Notes under the pieces: generated by a model | Seen by the model: only the letters and a program-made list of their open reading frames with translations | Databases searched by the model: none | What the model was told of the DNA's origin: nothing | Shown: in pieces, positions 42,276 to 55,720 of the stretch | Layout: the number at the start of each line of letters is the position of its first letter | Position numbering within the stretch: position 1 is the stretch's first letter | Position numbers and translations under genes: made by a program | Assembly: GCA_951406725.2 (NCBI GenBank) | Contig: OX597814.1 | Span: 2,604,001 to 2,668,000, forward strand | Direction of reading: 5' to 3' | Source of the DNA: Octopus vulgaris | Taxonomy: Eukaryota | Length of the DNA stretch: 64,000 bases

Positions 42276-42392
42276 TTTTTTTTTCTTCTTTCAAATTTCT
42301 TCCATTTCTTGCCGAGTGTCTTCCCGACTCCTAGGGCAAAGAAACTCATAGTGTATATTGGTAGGCCATTAAACCAAACTCAGTAGTTCGTT

Positions 42393-42423
<31 letters not shown>

Positions 42424-43256
42424 GTTAAATTAAAATACATGAGCAGCAACAGTTCTCACATCGACAATGCTCTTCTCAATACGTGTGATGTACCAGTTAA
42501 GACAATCTTTTGCACTTCTTGCAGGGATGGTAAGCCATGGATCATTCTCATATAATTTTCGGTTCCCTTCTTGATCATTCCTAGTGCTCCTACAATCACT
42601 GGTATTGTAACCGCCTTGAGATGCCACATTTTCTCAATTTCAATGAGTAGGTCTTTATATTTTCTGAGCTTGTCAAACTCTTTCGCTGAGATATTATGAT
42701 CACAGGGGATGCTCATGTCGATCAATAAGCAAACTTTATTGTTTTGGTCTTTCACAACAATATCTGGTTTATTGGCCTTGATGGTTCGGTCTGTATGTAC
42801 TGGAAAGTCCCACAGAATGGTTACATTTTCTCCTTCAGTTACAGCCTCAGGGTGGTGATTATACCACTTGTCGGCAGTTTTGATATTGTAATGCCGACTT
42901 ATTAGCCAGTGGAGATATTGGCCAACTCTGTCATGTCTTAATTTATACTCCACTGGTGCTAAGACTTTACATCCAGAGATTAGGTGGTCCACTGTTTCAA
43001 TCATGTCGTTGCAGAATCGGCATTTTGGGTCTGCTCCATTTTTCATCACATTGGCCTGGTAGTTCCGGGTTAATAGGCTTTGGTCTTGAGCAGCCAGGAT
43101 GAAACCTTCGCTCTCTGCTTTTAGCCCTGAGCTCCGCAGCCACTGATGGGTTTGCTTCTGGTCAACATCAGCTTGTTTACTGCGGGTCACATATTTGCCG
43201 TGCAGAGGTTTCTCCTCCCACCTATCAGCCAATTGCTCGTGCGCTTTTTTCATTGC
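42275..43256 (-). mobile_element. 5'-truncated R4/Dong-like RLE retrotransposon with intact C-terminal frame (42456-43256)
   Basis: KPLHGKY..WLRSSGLKAESEGFILAAQDQSL..CRFCNDMIETVDHLISGC (CCHC)..RHD..WDFPVHTDRTIKANKPDIVV..LIDMSIP..KLRKY (PD..D endonuclease); (AAT)n on both flanks. Confidence 0.93.
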
Positions 43257-43718
<462 letters not shown>

Positions 43719-43729
43719 GACTGCGTAAT

Positions 43730-43897
43730 TTGAACTACGTTTTGAGTTCAAATTCCGTCGAAGTAGACTTTGCCTTTCATCCTTTCGGGGTCGATTAAAT
43801 AAGCACCTGATACGCACTGGGGTCGATGTAATCTACCCAATCCCTTTGTCTGTCCTTGTCTGTCCCCTGTATGTTTAGCCCCTCGTTGGCAATAAAG
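43730..43897 (+). mobile_element. SINE family B, 5'-truncated
   Basis: GAGTTCAAATTCC..GCCTTTCATCCTTTCGGGGTCGAT body. Confidence 0.85.
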
Positions 43898-43899
43898 AT

Positions 43900-44428
43900 T
43901 ATTATCATTGCCTTTGCACAGTTTCTCACGCTGGAGATGTCCAACGGTGTCACCTCTTATTTTCCGAGCACCTTCCGGAGTATTCGAGCGGCTCCAAGCA
44001 GTGCTGTTTTTCTGCAAGTGATCCACCCTTATTGCTGCCCCTATTTATTCCAAGTACTTCTCAAGATTTTTACTCACTGTTCCCAGAGCTCCGACAGTCA
44101 TTGGTACTACTGCTACCTTTATCATGACCACAACTACTTAACTTCCCAAGCTAACCTGTCATATCTCTCGACTTTTCTTTCTTCCTTATCGCATACCTTG
44201 TTGTCAGCTGGGCATGCTATACCTATGATCCAGCATAGTTTGTTTTCTTTCTCAATTTAGACTATGTCTGGCTTCCTATTCTCTATCTCATGGTCGCACT
44301 GAATCATAAAATCCCATAGGATCTTTGCGTTTCTATTTTCGACGATGCCTTCAGGCTTATGTTCATACTAATTTTTTGCTCTGTCAAGTCCATACCTGTT
44401 GAAAAGTGACCAATGGACAAGCCTGGAC
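43900..44428 (-). pseudogene. Second, degenerate RLE retrotransposon C-terminus
   Basis: YEHKPEGIVENRNAKILWDFMIQCDHEIENRKPDIV*..IACPADN..KVERYDRL..VPMTVGALG..ALLGAARILRKVL. Confidence 0.88.
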
Positions 44429-44429
44429 A

Positions 44430-44481
<52 letters not shown>

Positions 44482-44525
44482 GTTGTTGTTGTTGTTTTTG
44501 TTGCTATTATTATTATTATTATTAT

Positions 44526-44685
44526 TTAAATTCCGCCGAGGTCGACTTTGCGTCTCATTCTTTCGGAGTGGGGGTGGGTGGGGGTCGAGAGGAAATAGCT
44601 ACCCGTTGTTCAAGTTGGTCGATGTAATCAACTCACCCGATCCCCCACAAATTTCTGGCGGCTTTGTGCCTACCAGGAAAAAAAA
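44526..44685 (+). mobile_element. SINE family B fragment
   Basis: AAATTCCGCCGAGGTCGACTTTGC body; tail like 37580-37614. Confidence 0.7.
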
Positions 44686-44688
44686 TAG

Positions 44689-44689
<1 letters not shown>

Positions 44690-44741
<52 letters not shown>

Positions 44742-44768
44742 TTACAACTACTACTACTACTACTACTA

Positions 44769-44843
<75 letters not shown>

Positions 44844-44968
44844 TTACAACTACTACTCCCACTACCGCTACTACCAGTACTACTACTACTGCCACCACCA
44901 CCACCCCTACTACTACTACCACCACCACCACCACCACCACTATCACCACTACTACTACTACTACTACA

Positions 44969-44999
<31 letters not shown>

Positions 45000-45056
45000 T
45001 TATCACCACCACCACCACTCCTACTCCTCCTCCTCCTCCTCCTCCTCCTCCTCCTC

Positions 45057-45102
<46 letters not shown>

Positions 45103-45130
45103 CACTTCTGCTGCTGCTGTTGTTGTTGTT
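44690..45130. repeat. (ACT/ACC/CCT)n compound microsatellite
   Basis: Directly visible. Confidence 0.97.
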
Positions 45131-45584
45131 TTATTCTTGCTGTTAATGTTTGTTCAGACTGTTGTTGATATTGATGTTGTTGCTTTAGCTATTCGTTTAT
45201 CATATCAAGTGGTATTTGTGAGATTCGGATGTTATTGCTGTTGTTATTGACGTTGGCTGACGCTTTTCAATGGTATTAGCTTCACAGCCGATCTTCTTGT
45301 TATTGCTCTTGTCTTTCTTGTTGTGTGTGTTCTTGCTGCATTTTTATTCCAGATCCGTTTGGTTTTGGTGTTATTTGTTTTATTGTTGTTGTTCATATTG
45401 ATGGTGGACCTTTTTTTTATTTTTATCTAAGATTTAGTCTGACAAGGAAAGGCGATACCCATAAATATTACGGGGGTGTTAAGAGTTTGGTGGAGGAAGA
45501 AAAAGACGAAGAATATTCCATTTATTGATTGCTGCCATAAGTAGCAGAGTGTGTCGCGATTTCATATTTTCGGAATATTCTTAT

Positions 45585-45760
45585 ATTCTTTTTACGCGTT
45601 TCACTGTGGCCATGCTGGAGCACCGCCTTTAGTCGACCAAATCGACGACTGGATTTTATTCTTTGTAAGCCTAGTACATATTCTATTGGTCTCTTTCGCC
45701 GAACCGTTAATTTACGGGGTCGTAAACGCACCAACATTGGGGGAACAAACACAGACACAT
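45585..45760 (-). mobile_element. SINE family A 3' half
   Basis: GGCCATGCTGGAGCACCGCCTTTAGTCG is the reverse complement of the family A tail. Confidence 0.82.
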
Positions 45761-46386
45761 AAATACATGCATACATACATACATACATACATACATACAT
45801 ACATACATACATACATACATACATACATACATACATACATACGTCCCGGATAAAAATTAAACATTTCCCCCCAGAAGTAGAGGTAGGCTGGATTGTAGCT
45901 GCACTTCCATACAAGAGGGATGACAAGATACAATTGATCGAAATTGCAAGAGACGACCCTGTTATATATTTTGAGTATTGTTATCACTAGCGATATCAAG
46001 ATATAACTTTGTATTTTGTATTTTATGTGAAGATGTATATATATATATATAGATGTACACGTAATATGTACACATATATATATACATATATACATGCACT
46101 AGCACTATGACCCGGCAACGACGGGTCATAAAACTGTCCGAAACCTATCAAAGTATCAAAGGATATATATCTTGTCCCAGTTTGTATTTTTTTACATTTA
46201 CATATATATATATATATATTTACACACACACACACACACACATACATACATAAGATTTATAGCTTGCTTTATTGTATGTAGAATATAACGTTGAAAGATA
46301 AAATAATTCTATGAATTATCTTTATATAATTCATAGAATTATTTTATCTCCGACAAAAATCTTCTTTTCAAGGACAGTTCCTTTTT

Positions 46387-46426
46387 AACCCTGAAGAAGG
46401 GACTTGTTTGTCCCGAAATATTGGAT
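46387..46426 (+). ncRNA. Minimal hammerhead ribozyme motif
   Basis: AACC-CTGAAGA-A-GGGAC ttgttt GTCCC-GAAA-TA-TT-GGAT; intact core, perfect 5-bp stem II, palindromic AATATT stem III region. Confidence 0.7.
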
Positions 46427-46524
46427 ACGCATACGACCAAAGATTACCAGATAACTTACTTTTAGTTTACGTTACCTCATCTTAAAATTTATTTGCTTTG
46501 TTTGGCCTTTTAAATCTTTCAACG

Positions 46525-46642
<118 letters not shown>

Positions 46643-47419
46643 AGGGAGGGGGGAGAGAGGGAGAAATAAGGCGAAGACAGGTGTATGAATAACAAGCAGG
46701 TGTATGTTTTGGAGGCTCGGGAAAATGAAAAAATCTTTCACGTTTCGAGCCTACGCTCTTCAACAGAAAGGAATGTATCTGTGTGAGTGGGTGCGCGCGT
46801 GTGTATCAAAATATAATATATAACAAAATATATAATAAATGGGAAATGATATTTTGGATAATCAAGCTAATGAACGGTGAAAGTCTTCGAATAGATGGCA
46901 CTTCTCAACTCTCAGCATCCAACTAAGAATGGAACTTTAAGATGGTTACGAGGTTAGCGAAGAGATACAATAAATCACGTTGTAAAGAAAAATTTAGCTC
47001 TTTAAAAATAGCACATAATGTAGTTGTAAATGCATTCCATAAAAATGTTCTGATCATCTTTTCTTTAAACAGAATTTTATAAGGTTTGAGAGCACCTGGT
47101 CATGTCATTGGTTATTTGTCATGTTCCAAGGCGGACTGCGTTACACTGAATCTCCCTGGGAATTATGGGTGCAACTTATTTGAATTGCGGATTTGTATCG
47201 TTTTTGTCAGCCGAGTGGACTGGAGGATCGCGAAATAAAGCGTCTTGCCCAAGGACACAATGCTTTACTGGGTATCGAACTCACGACTTACCATTGTGAG
47301 CTGAATTACCCTTAACCACTAAGCCTCTATTATGTTGACGCACTAAGGTGGCCAGCTGGTACGCTGGACGGATTGCTTAGCGGTATTTCGCTCGTCGCTA
47401 CGTTCTGAGTTCAAATTGA

Positions 47420-47862
47420 ATACCGTTGTCCACTCTGGTCTCCCCACACGAAACAAAGTATCATGAAAATTGAGGCACTACCCAAACGATGATGGCATCA
47501 CCTTTAAGATACACCCAAGAATTGCCTCCCGTGCTATCCGCCCACAACAAAGATCATACCCGCATCACATAACAATACTGCACAATTTATTTCACCTTAA
47601 TTGGCCCCGCTCTGTTTAACATTACACCAAAACACGTTAAAGCAGCAACAGACTCCATGAAGTTCAAGAAGTCTTTGGTTAAATTCCTTCAAAAAATCCC
47701 GTATAAACCTCCTACACCCGGATATGTCTCCGTAAGCAATAACTCTCTCCGCGAATGGGCCATGTTGTCCGATTCCTGATTTGAATGACTTTGCCAGGTG
47801 GTGCTATTAAGTTAGACATAGCCTGAGCCAATACTAGTCGAAACCTACCAAAGTATCAAAGG

Positions 47863-47866
<4 letters not shown>
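47420..47866 (+). pseudogene. CR1/L2-type LINE C-terminus with internal deletion and 3' tail
   Basis: PLWSPHTKQSIMKIE; IGPALFNITPKHVK..FKKSLVKFLQKIPYKPPTPGY..NNSLREWA. Confidence 0.8.
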
Positions 47867-47915
<49 letters not shown>

Positions 47916-47939
47916 CACATACATAAATACATACATCCT

Positions 47940-48240
47940 TGCCATCAGGATACAGGGCCAGATACTATAACGACTTGGGCTTCAAAGGTCCACAGCTCTT
48001 CAATATCTTTCCACAGAGCCTGAGAGCATGACGTGGATGTAGAGCTCCATCTGTCTAGATGTCCATCTGTCAAGGGTTCCGGAAGAATCTTCATCTAGGC
48101 AAGAAACACAGATGAGTGCATCAACGTCAAACTCTCTCGTCCACCAAATGTCACATATCAGAGGCCGTTTAGTGAAAGCGCAACAAATTAAACGGCAGTG
48201 CCCTAGCATGGCCGCAGTCCTTGGACTGAAACTTAGAGAA
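47940..48240 (+). pseudogene. CR1/L2-type LINE 3' end sharing tail with SINE family A
   Basis: LGFKGPQLFNIFPQSLR..SNSLVHQM followed by GGCAGTGCCCTAGCATGGCCGCAGTC..GACTGAAAC. Confidence 0.8.
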
Positions 48241-48277
48241 TATATATATATTCGCATATACACGCGCACGCGCGCAC

Positions 48278-48316
<39 letters not shown>

Positions 48317-49830
48317 CATATGAATGTATATATATATATATGTGTGTGTATGTGCATATATATTCATATGTATGTATACATATAGATAATATTTATATAT
48401 ACACACACACACATATATATATATACACACACATATATATATATACACACACACACATATATATATAAATATGAATAAATAAATATATATGTATATATGC
48501 ATGTATGTATGTATGATTATACATACAAAATGAATGATACAGAACTGTAACCGCCTCGCCATTCCAATTATGCATATTAACAGCAATTAAGCGAGAGAGA
48601 GAGAGAGAGAGAGAGAGAAGTGAGGTGGGGTGGAGTGGAGTGGGGGAGAGCACAGTGTATGTGAGAGGGAAATGAAAATAAAAAGTGAGACAACAAAAAA
48701 GTAAGACAACAAAAAATATATGGCCGCTTATCTCATCGCTTATGAAGCAAAATATCAGCTAGGTTTTTTAGCTGCGAGATTCTACTTTCACTTTTATTTT
48801 TAAACAGCCAAACTCAATTCAAATGTAGATTAATCTTTTACATAAATTAGACTGGCAATAGTTTCCATTTATCTGCTGGATCAGCTGAAGTCATAACGGC
48901 AAAGTGTCTGTAGGGAGAAGCAGTTTATTCGCTGGAGAGGAGGCAAAGAATAACAACACGAAACCAAGCATAGTATTAGTCTTTCTCTCTCTCTCTTCTC
49001 TATCCCCATTTGCTCCATTTCTGTCTGCCTGTCTGCCGGGTCGCTCGTCCAGCAACAGAAAATTTCATTTATTTATTTATTTGTTCGTATGATTGTTTTA
49101 ATGGTGTCTTTTATGTTTGTTTTGTTTTGTTCTTGTTTTCTGTTTTGTATTCTTGCTTTCGTTCTTAATAGATGTCACAATAGATCGACGCTGCATACAA
49201 GCAGACAATCGGACAATGATTTGATAGTCGAGTAAATAGAGTTAAAATAATGGATATTATCAGTTACCAATCGTCATGGGAATATCGGAAAATGATGAGG
49301 CCTGAGCAGCTGGCCAAAATAAAACTGCTGATTTCAATTTTTATTTTCTTTATGGCCGAGTGGGGGCGAATAAGTAAATAAGACAATGAATGAAGACTAT
49401 TGGATATCAAGCGTATCACATGATGGTTGTGATCTGCTCACATACAGCGATTCAAACGACATCCTACACTTGACACCAATGGCGACGAATCGAAACATTT
49501 CGCTTGCTTCTGAGATTTCATCACTTTTTCATTCTCCATTCAAGCTCCGTTCTCTCCTTCCTCACTTTTCTATGTTTTAAATCATCGTTCTGTCTTTGTT
49601 TTTCTGTATTGTTTTTCATTCCTTTCTCTGTTCTTTCATTCATTTCTTGTTTTCTTTCGTTTTCCTTTCTTTCAGCCTCTTTCTCTTTCTCTCCATCCCT
49701 CTCCCTCTCACCCCCCTCTCTCTCTCTCTCTTTATCTATCTATCACTGTTTTCGCAACTCTATTTTCCTATATCTTATTCATACTTATTTGCTCATTAAA
49801 CATGTCCATCATGTTGATATATATAAGCAC

Positions 49831-49884
<54 letters not shown>

Positions 49885-50079
49885 GTGTGAGTATATGCAT
49901 ACATACGTACATACCTTCGTACATACATACATTGATGTGTGTGTGTGTATGTATGTAGGTCTGTGTATATTCATATGAACAGACATATTTTCATTTTCCT
50001 TTCTGTCTTTCTCACGCTATCTTTTTGTCTATCGTTGTCTATGTCTCTCTGTCTCTCTGTCTCTCTGTCTCTCTGTCTC

Positions 50080-50140
<61 letters not shown>

Positions 50141-50337
50141 TTATCAATCTTTAATCTCATACTTATTCTCTCATCTTTCATTTTTCCCTTCCAGTTCTTT
50201 CACTTTTTTCTCGATAGAGTTCTTTCTCATTCCTGTAATTCGCCTCTTCTTGCTTTCTTCCCATTTTTTTTTAGAACTGACTTCTCCGTCAGTTCTAATT
50301 TTGTCCTTAGCTTCCCTTTCTGCCTCTCTCCATCTCC

Positions 50338-50372
<35 letters not shown>

Positions 50373-50746
50373 CTTCACACACACATACTCTAGTTTGTAG
50401 CCATATTCAATACCTTATTCTGTGTCATCTCGTCTTAGCTGCTTCTGTATTCTATACCCACGCCAACACACACACACATACACATATTTTCTCTCCCTAG
50501 CTCTGTCCCAAGACGCACAGACAGATAGAAAGAGAAAGAGATCGAGAGAGAAAGATTCAGTGTTGATTCATTACGTGGCACCTTCAACAAGTTTCTTTTA
50601 CTCTAGATTCAGGTTGACTAAAAAATTCTGAGTGAAATTTTCGAGATTGAAGTTAGAATGTATGTATGTATGTATGTATGTATGTATGTATGTATGTATG
50701 TATGTATGTATGTATGTATGTATATGTATGTATGTATGTGTGTATG

Positions 50747-50780
<34 letters not shown>

Positions 50781-51252
50781 TGTATGTATGTATGTATGTA
50801 TATGTTGTCTTCTGATGCTAATTATTTGAATTCTCCCTTTTGCAGAAGTTGACTGATAACAAAGATAAAAACTCCATCGCTGGAATGTAGAAGACAAAAT
50901 CAGTGTCACATTTTAAACTTGAAGTGTGTCTTGCGTATTTTCTTTTCCAATAATAGACTGTATTTGTAATATGCGAGCTGGCTGCTTCTTTTATACTGAA
51001 AACCCAGATTTTCACTTAGGCATTTACTAAGAAAACGAAGCGCAACAACTAATTATTGTGCATTTTATAAAAACAAGAAAGGAGTCGATATCCTCCACCA
51101 TCATCACTACAAGAACTGGAGACTGTTTTAGCTGAAGAATGGACAAAAATTCCTTTGGAAACAGTTCAAACTTTGTACGAGTCCATACGTCGTAGAGTTC
51201 AAACTGTAATTACAAATAATGGAAACACCTTAAAATTTCAAACAAATTTTTT

Positions 51253-51700
51253 CTAATATGAGGTAGGACGGCCTTTAGCACTAATTACAGCTTGAATTCT
51301 ATGAGGTATGGACTTGTACAAAGTTTGAATTGTTTCCAAAGGAATTTTTGTCCATTCTTCAGCTAAAACAGTCTCCAGTTCTTGTAGTGATGATGGTGGA
51401 GGATATCGACTCCTTACTTGTTTTTCTAAAATGCACCATAAATGTTCAATAATATTGAGATCTGGGGACTGTGGTGGCCAGATAAGATGTTCAACTTCAC
51501 TAGAATGTTCCTCGTGCCATTCAGTAACAAGTTTAGCTGTGTGAATTGGTGCATTATCATCCTGAAAGATTGCGTTTCCCTCCGGAAACAGTTCTGCAAC
51601 CATAGGATGAATTTGATCAGATAAAATGCTTAAATAGTCTTGACTATTAATTCTGCCATGAAGGGAAACCATTGGGCCAGTGGATTTCCAAGATATTGCA
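51253..51700 (-). pseudogene. Tc1-family transposase C-terminal half, DD36E spacing
   Basis: FQDDNAPIH..WPPQSPDLNIIEHLW; 36 residues between the D of DN and the E. Confidence 0.92.
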
Positions 51701-52319
51701 ACGTTTATTTTTGAAAGTAGTGGTTTTCTGATTGTAGCCCCCCTTTGAAAATCCGGGTTTGTTCAGGTCCCGGCGAACAGAATATAACTACGATTACAGA
51801 TTTGGTGGGGCCACACTTAATATATTAACAGATGTAACCCCTCTGCATTTATATAAAATACTTTGGTGGACATCTGTGTAAAAAAAGACAGTGACGCACA
51901 ATCTAATCACTCCACCCAGAATTAGTTACTGGAAATACGTGTGTGTTAATAATATCGACTGACTAACCATTAGGCCTCGTATCTGCTGTCTGTTAATGTT
52001 AGTCATCAGTTCAAAATTATGGCTATAAATGTTCACGGGATGACGACGTAATTTCTGACTCTTTTTCTTATCACATTACTTGAACAAATATATCGGAGCC
52101 TGTAAATGGCAAATGTCTCGATGTTCTAGAAATAACAGCGAGTAATCCCTAATCAATTAGAACCCATTGTCTCAAAGACTGGATTTTTGCCCAGAGTTTT
52201 GAAGGTTTTCTTAAACATTTTTTTGCAATTGTCTGATAATAAAGACATAGATTTGCCCAAATGCTTAGGGCGATAAATTAACATTGATATTTTTTTCACC
52301 TTTGTCACAATCATTTGAA

Positions 52320-52610
52320 ATGGAACTGTCAAGGCGCAATATTCAAGCAAATTTGCTATTTAACTTCAAAAAGGACGTAAATGCAGCTGAAACTGCTCAC
52401 AACATCAGCTAGGCTAGTACACCATATTTGGTAACGAAATGACCAGTGAATCCGTCTCAGTTTAGAAATTGGTTTAAATGCTTTGCAGATTAAATTCCAG
52501 GCTGAACCTTGAAGATTGTGAGCATAGTGGATGCCCATCTGTCATCAATGACAGTCAATTAAAGACCGAAATCATTGAAAAAGATCCACATAAAACCACT
52601 TGAGAACTGT
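52320..52610 (+). pseudogene. Degenerate mariner transposase N-terminal HTH region
   Basis: LLFNFKKDVNAAETAHNI..WFKCF..LEDCEHSGCP..IIEKDPHKTT*EL. Confidence 0.75.
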
Positions 52611-52673
52611 TTAATTATATTTTCATTAAAAATAAATAAAAATAAATAAATAAAAATCAAAAAAGCTATTGAG

Positions 52674-52773
52674 NNNNNNNNNNNNNNNNNNNNNNNNNNN
52701 NNNNNNNNNNNNNNNNNNNNNNNNNNNNNNNNNNNNNNNNNNNNNNNNNNNNNNNNNNNNNNNNNNNNNNNNN
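52674..52773. other. Scaffold gap (100 N)
   Basis: Run of N. Confidence 1.
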
Positions 52774-53050
52774 ACTAAGTCTCTCTAAAAGAGAACAGCG
52801 GCAGCGTTCCCGGAAAATAATAGTTATCGCCATACTAATATGGCATTCTTATAAAAATAAGAATAAAGCTGTCCGCTTATTAGCTCCATGAGGCCATCGC
52901 CTTAAGTTAGCTATTTGATACACAAACTGTATCCATATAACCTTCGAACAAGGAGGTCAGTCGCTCCACACTACTTGACCGGCAGCTACAGACGCGTTTC
53001 GGGGTATTGCCCCTTTTCAATGCATAAAATGCCATATTAATATAGCCGAT

Positions 53051-53053
<3 letters not shown>
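52774..53053 (-). mobile_element. Second copy of the HHR-bearing 357-bp unit family; HHR at 52985-53023
   Basis: Near-identical to segments of 59436-60097; GCA-TTGAAAA-GGGG caata CCCC-GAAA-CGCG-TC-TGTAGC on minus strand. Confidence 0.85.
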
Positions 53054-53110
<57 letters not shown>

Positions 53111-53115
<5 letters not shown>

Positions 53116-53882
53116 GTGTAGGAAAAGGAAATGGAGCTGAGACTGAAGTTTTAACAAAATTCCCTTTTTATTAATTTTCTAGCTTATAACTGTTTCCCAA
53201 GGCACCTGAAGTGCTTGATTGGGATTGAATAAAGAGGAGACCATTTTGCGGCGCTTCTCTTCAAGGAAAATCCAGGAACTTAATTCTCCAACAAAATGCA
53301 CAGCAAACTTTTCGACAAACGCTCACGAGGAGCCCATGGAATAAATGGCACAAACTATCTGTCAATATGCGTTGACGCCAAGGCTGGAGCTGAAAGCAGA
53401 CGCGAAGGTCCGTTGAAGATAATTCAAGGTCAAAAATCCGGTTAACAGAAGGGGAGTTCCGGGAAAATCAAGAGAAGTGTGAATGTATTCTGTATGACTG
53501 GTGTTAATATTTTGAATTGTTTTAAGAATACATTCACACTCTTTGATTTTCATGTACTCCCCTTCTGTTAACCGGATTTTGACCGCGAATTATCAACGGA
53601 CCTTCTCGTCGGCTCTGGCCTAGCATTGCTTTTCAACGTATACTGACAGACAGTTTGTTGCCGTTGCATTCCATGGAATACTCGTGAGCGTTTAGTCGAA
53701 AAGCTTGCTGTGCATTTTGTTGGAGAAGTAAAAGTTCACGGGATTTTCTGAAGAAGGCTGCAAAATGGTCTCCTTATTCAATCCGAATTTGCGGACTTTG
53801 CAGCCTGTAAATTGCTAACGCGAAAAATAATAAAGGAATTTTGTTAAGTCTTCGTTCGGCTCCATATCTTCCTACACTAAAT
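53111..53882. repeat. Long imperfect inverted repeat (arms about 360-380 bp, 33-nt loop)
   Basis: ATTTAGTGTAGGAA...TTCCTACACTAAAT termini; arms 53111-53491 and 53525-53882 align throughout with many small indels. Confidence 0.9.
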
Positions 53883-54037
53883 ATATAAAACTTCAAAGTA
53901 TTTCGCACTAAGGCACGGATTTTAAGACCCCATGGTCGTAACCTCAACCGTGCTTTTTTCATTGTTGTGATTTTTTGCTACCCAGGTATCGGTTATTATT
54001 TGAATAATCCGTAATAATATAATTCATTTATCTACTT

Positions 54038-54182
<145 letters not shown>

Positions 54183-54401
54183 GCAAGATTTTTTTTATGT
54201 GAAGTCGTGTATTGAAACAGATATTGTTATATTTCGGAATAGTCATTTTGCCTGATTTAGCCAATAAAAGAAGAACTCTGGCCGAAATAAAATTAAGATT
54301 AATGCTAAAAAATAAATAATACTGAAGGCATAGTAACACCAAATATATAGTGCGTGTGTTTTTATTGGCTAATAATGGCAAAATGATATTCCAAAGAATA
54401 T

Positions 54402-54459
<58 letters not shown>

Positions 54460-54466
<7 letters not shown>

Positions 54467-54693
54467 TGTTTGTATGCATGTATGTACATATGTGTGTGTG
54501 TGTATATAAATATATGTGTACATATGTATATGTATATATTTATATATATATGTGTGTGTGTGTGTATGTATATATGTATGTATATATATATGTATGAATG
54601 TATGTATGCATGTATGTATATATGAGTCACTTAAAATCCTACAAAAGTGTTTTAGCCCGAAAGGCCGCAGTCCATGGTAGGGCACATACATAC

Positions 54694-54726
<33 letters not shown>

Positions 54727-54732
54727 TGTATG

Positions 54733-54763
<31 letters not shown>

Positions 54764-55587
54764 GTATGCATGTATGCATGTATGTATGTATGTATGTATG
54801 TATGTATGTATGTATGTATGTGTATGTATGTATGTATGTATGTATGTATGTATCTGTGTGTGTATGTACGTATGTATGTTTGTATGTATGTTTGTGTGTA
54901 TGTACGTATGTACGTATTATGTATGTATGTATGAATGTATGTATGTATGTGTGTATGTGTGTATGTATGTATGTATGCATGTGTGTACGTATGCGTGTAT
55001 GTATATAAATATATATGTACATATGCATATATATATGTATGTATGTATGTACATATGTATGTATGAATATATGTATGTATGTGTACGTATGTGTGTGTGT
55101 ATATAAGTATATGTACATATGGATATATGTATATGTATATATTTATGTGTATATATATATATGTTTGAATGTATGTATGTATGTACGTATGTATGCGTGT
55201 ATGTACGTATGTTTCTGTGTGTGTGTATAAATATATGTACATATGCATATATGTGTGTGTGTGTATGTACATATATGTATGAATGTATGTATGTATATGT
55301 ACGTATGTGTGTGTATGTATATAAATATATATGTACATATGAATTGATATATATGTATATATATTGATGTATATACATATATGTTTGAATGTATGTATGT
55401 ATATGAATGTATGTGTGTATATAAATATATGTACATATGTATGTATATATATGTATCTATATATATATATATGAATATATGCATGTATGTACATATGTAT
55501 GTATACATGTATATGTACGTATGTGTGCGTGTGTGTATATAAATATATGTACATATGTATATATATATGTATATGAATGTATATATT

Positions 55588-55635
<48 letters not shown>

Positions 55636-55720
55636 TGTATGTATGTATGTATGTATGTATGTATGTATGTATGTATGTGTGTATGTGTGTATGTATACAT
55701 ATATATATACAAATATATGT
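54460..55720. repeat. Degenerate (TATG)n/(TA)n field with internal higher-order duplications
   Basis: Directly visible; GTATATAAATATATGTACATATG recurs. Confidence 0.92.

Noticed and set aside
49290-49325. ATGATGA-GGCC..GGCC-AAAA hammerhead-like pattern
   Set aside because: Two core mismatches and no stem I or III; likely chance
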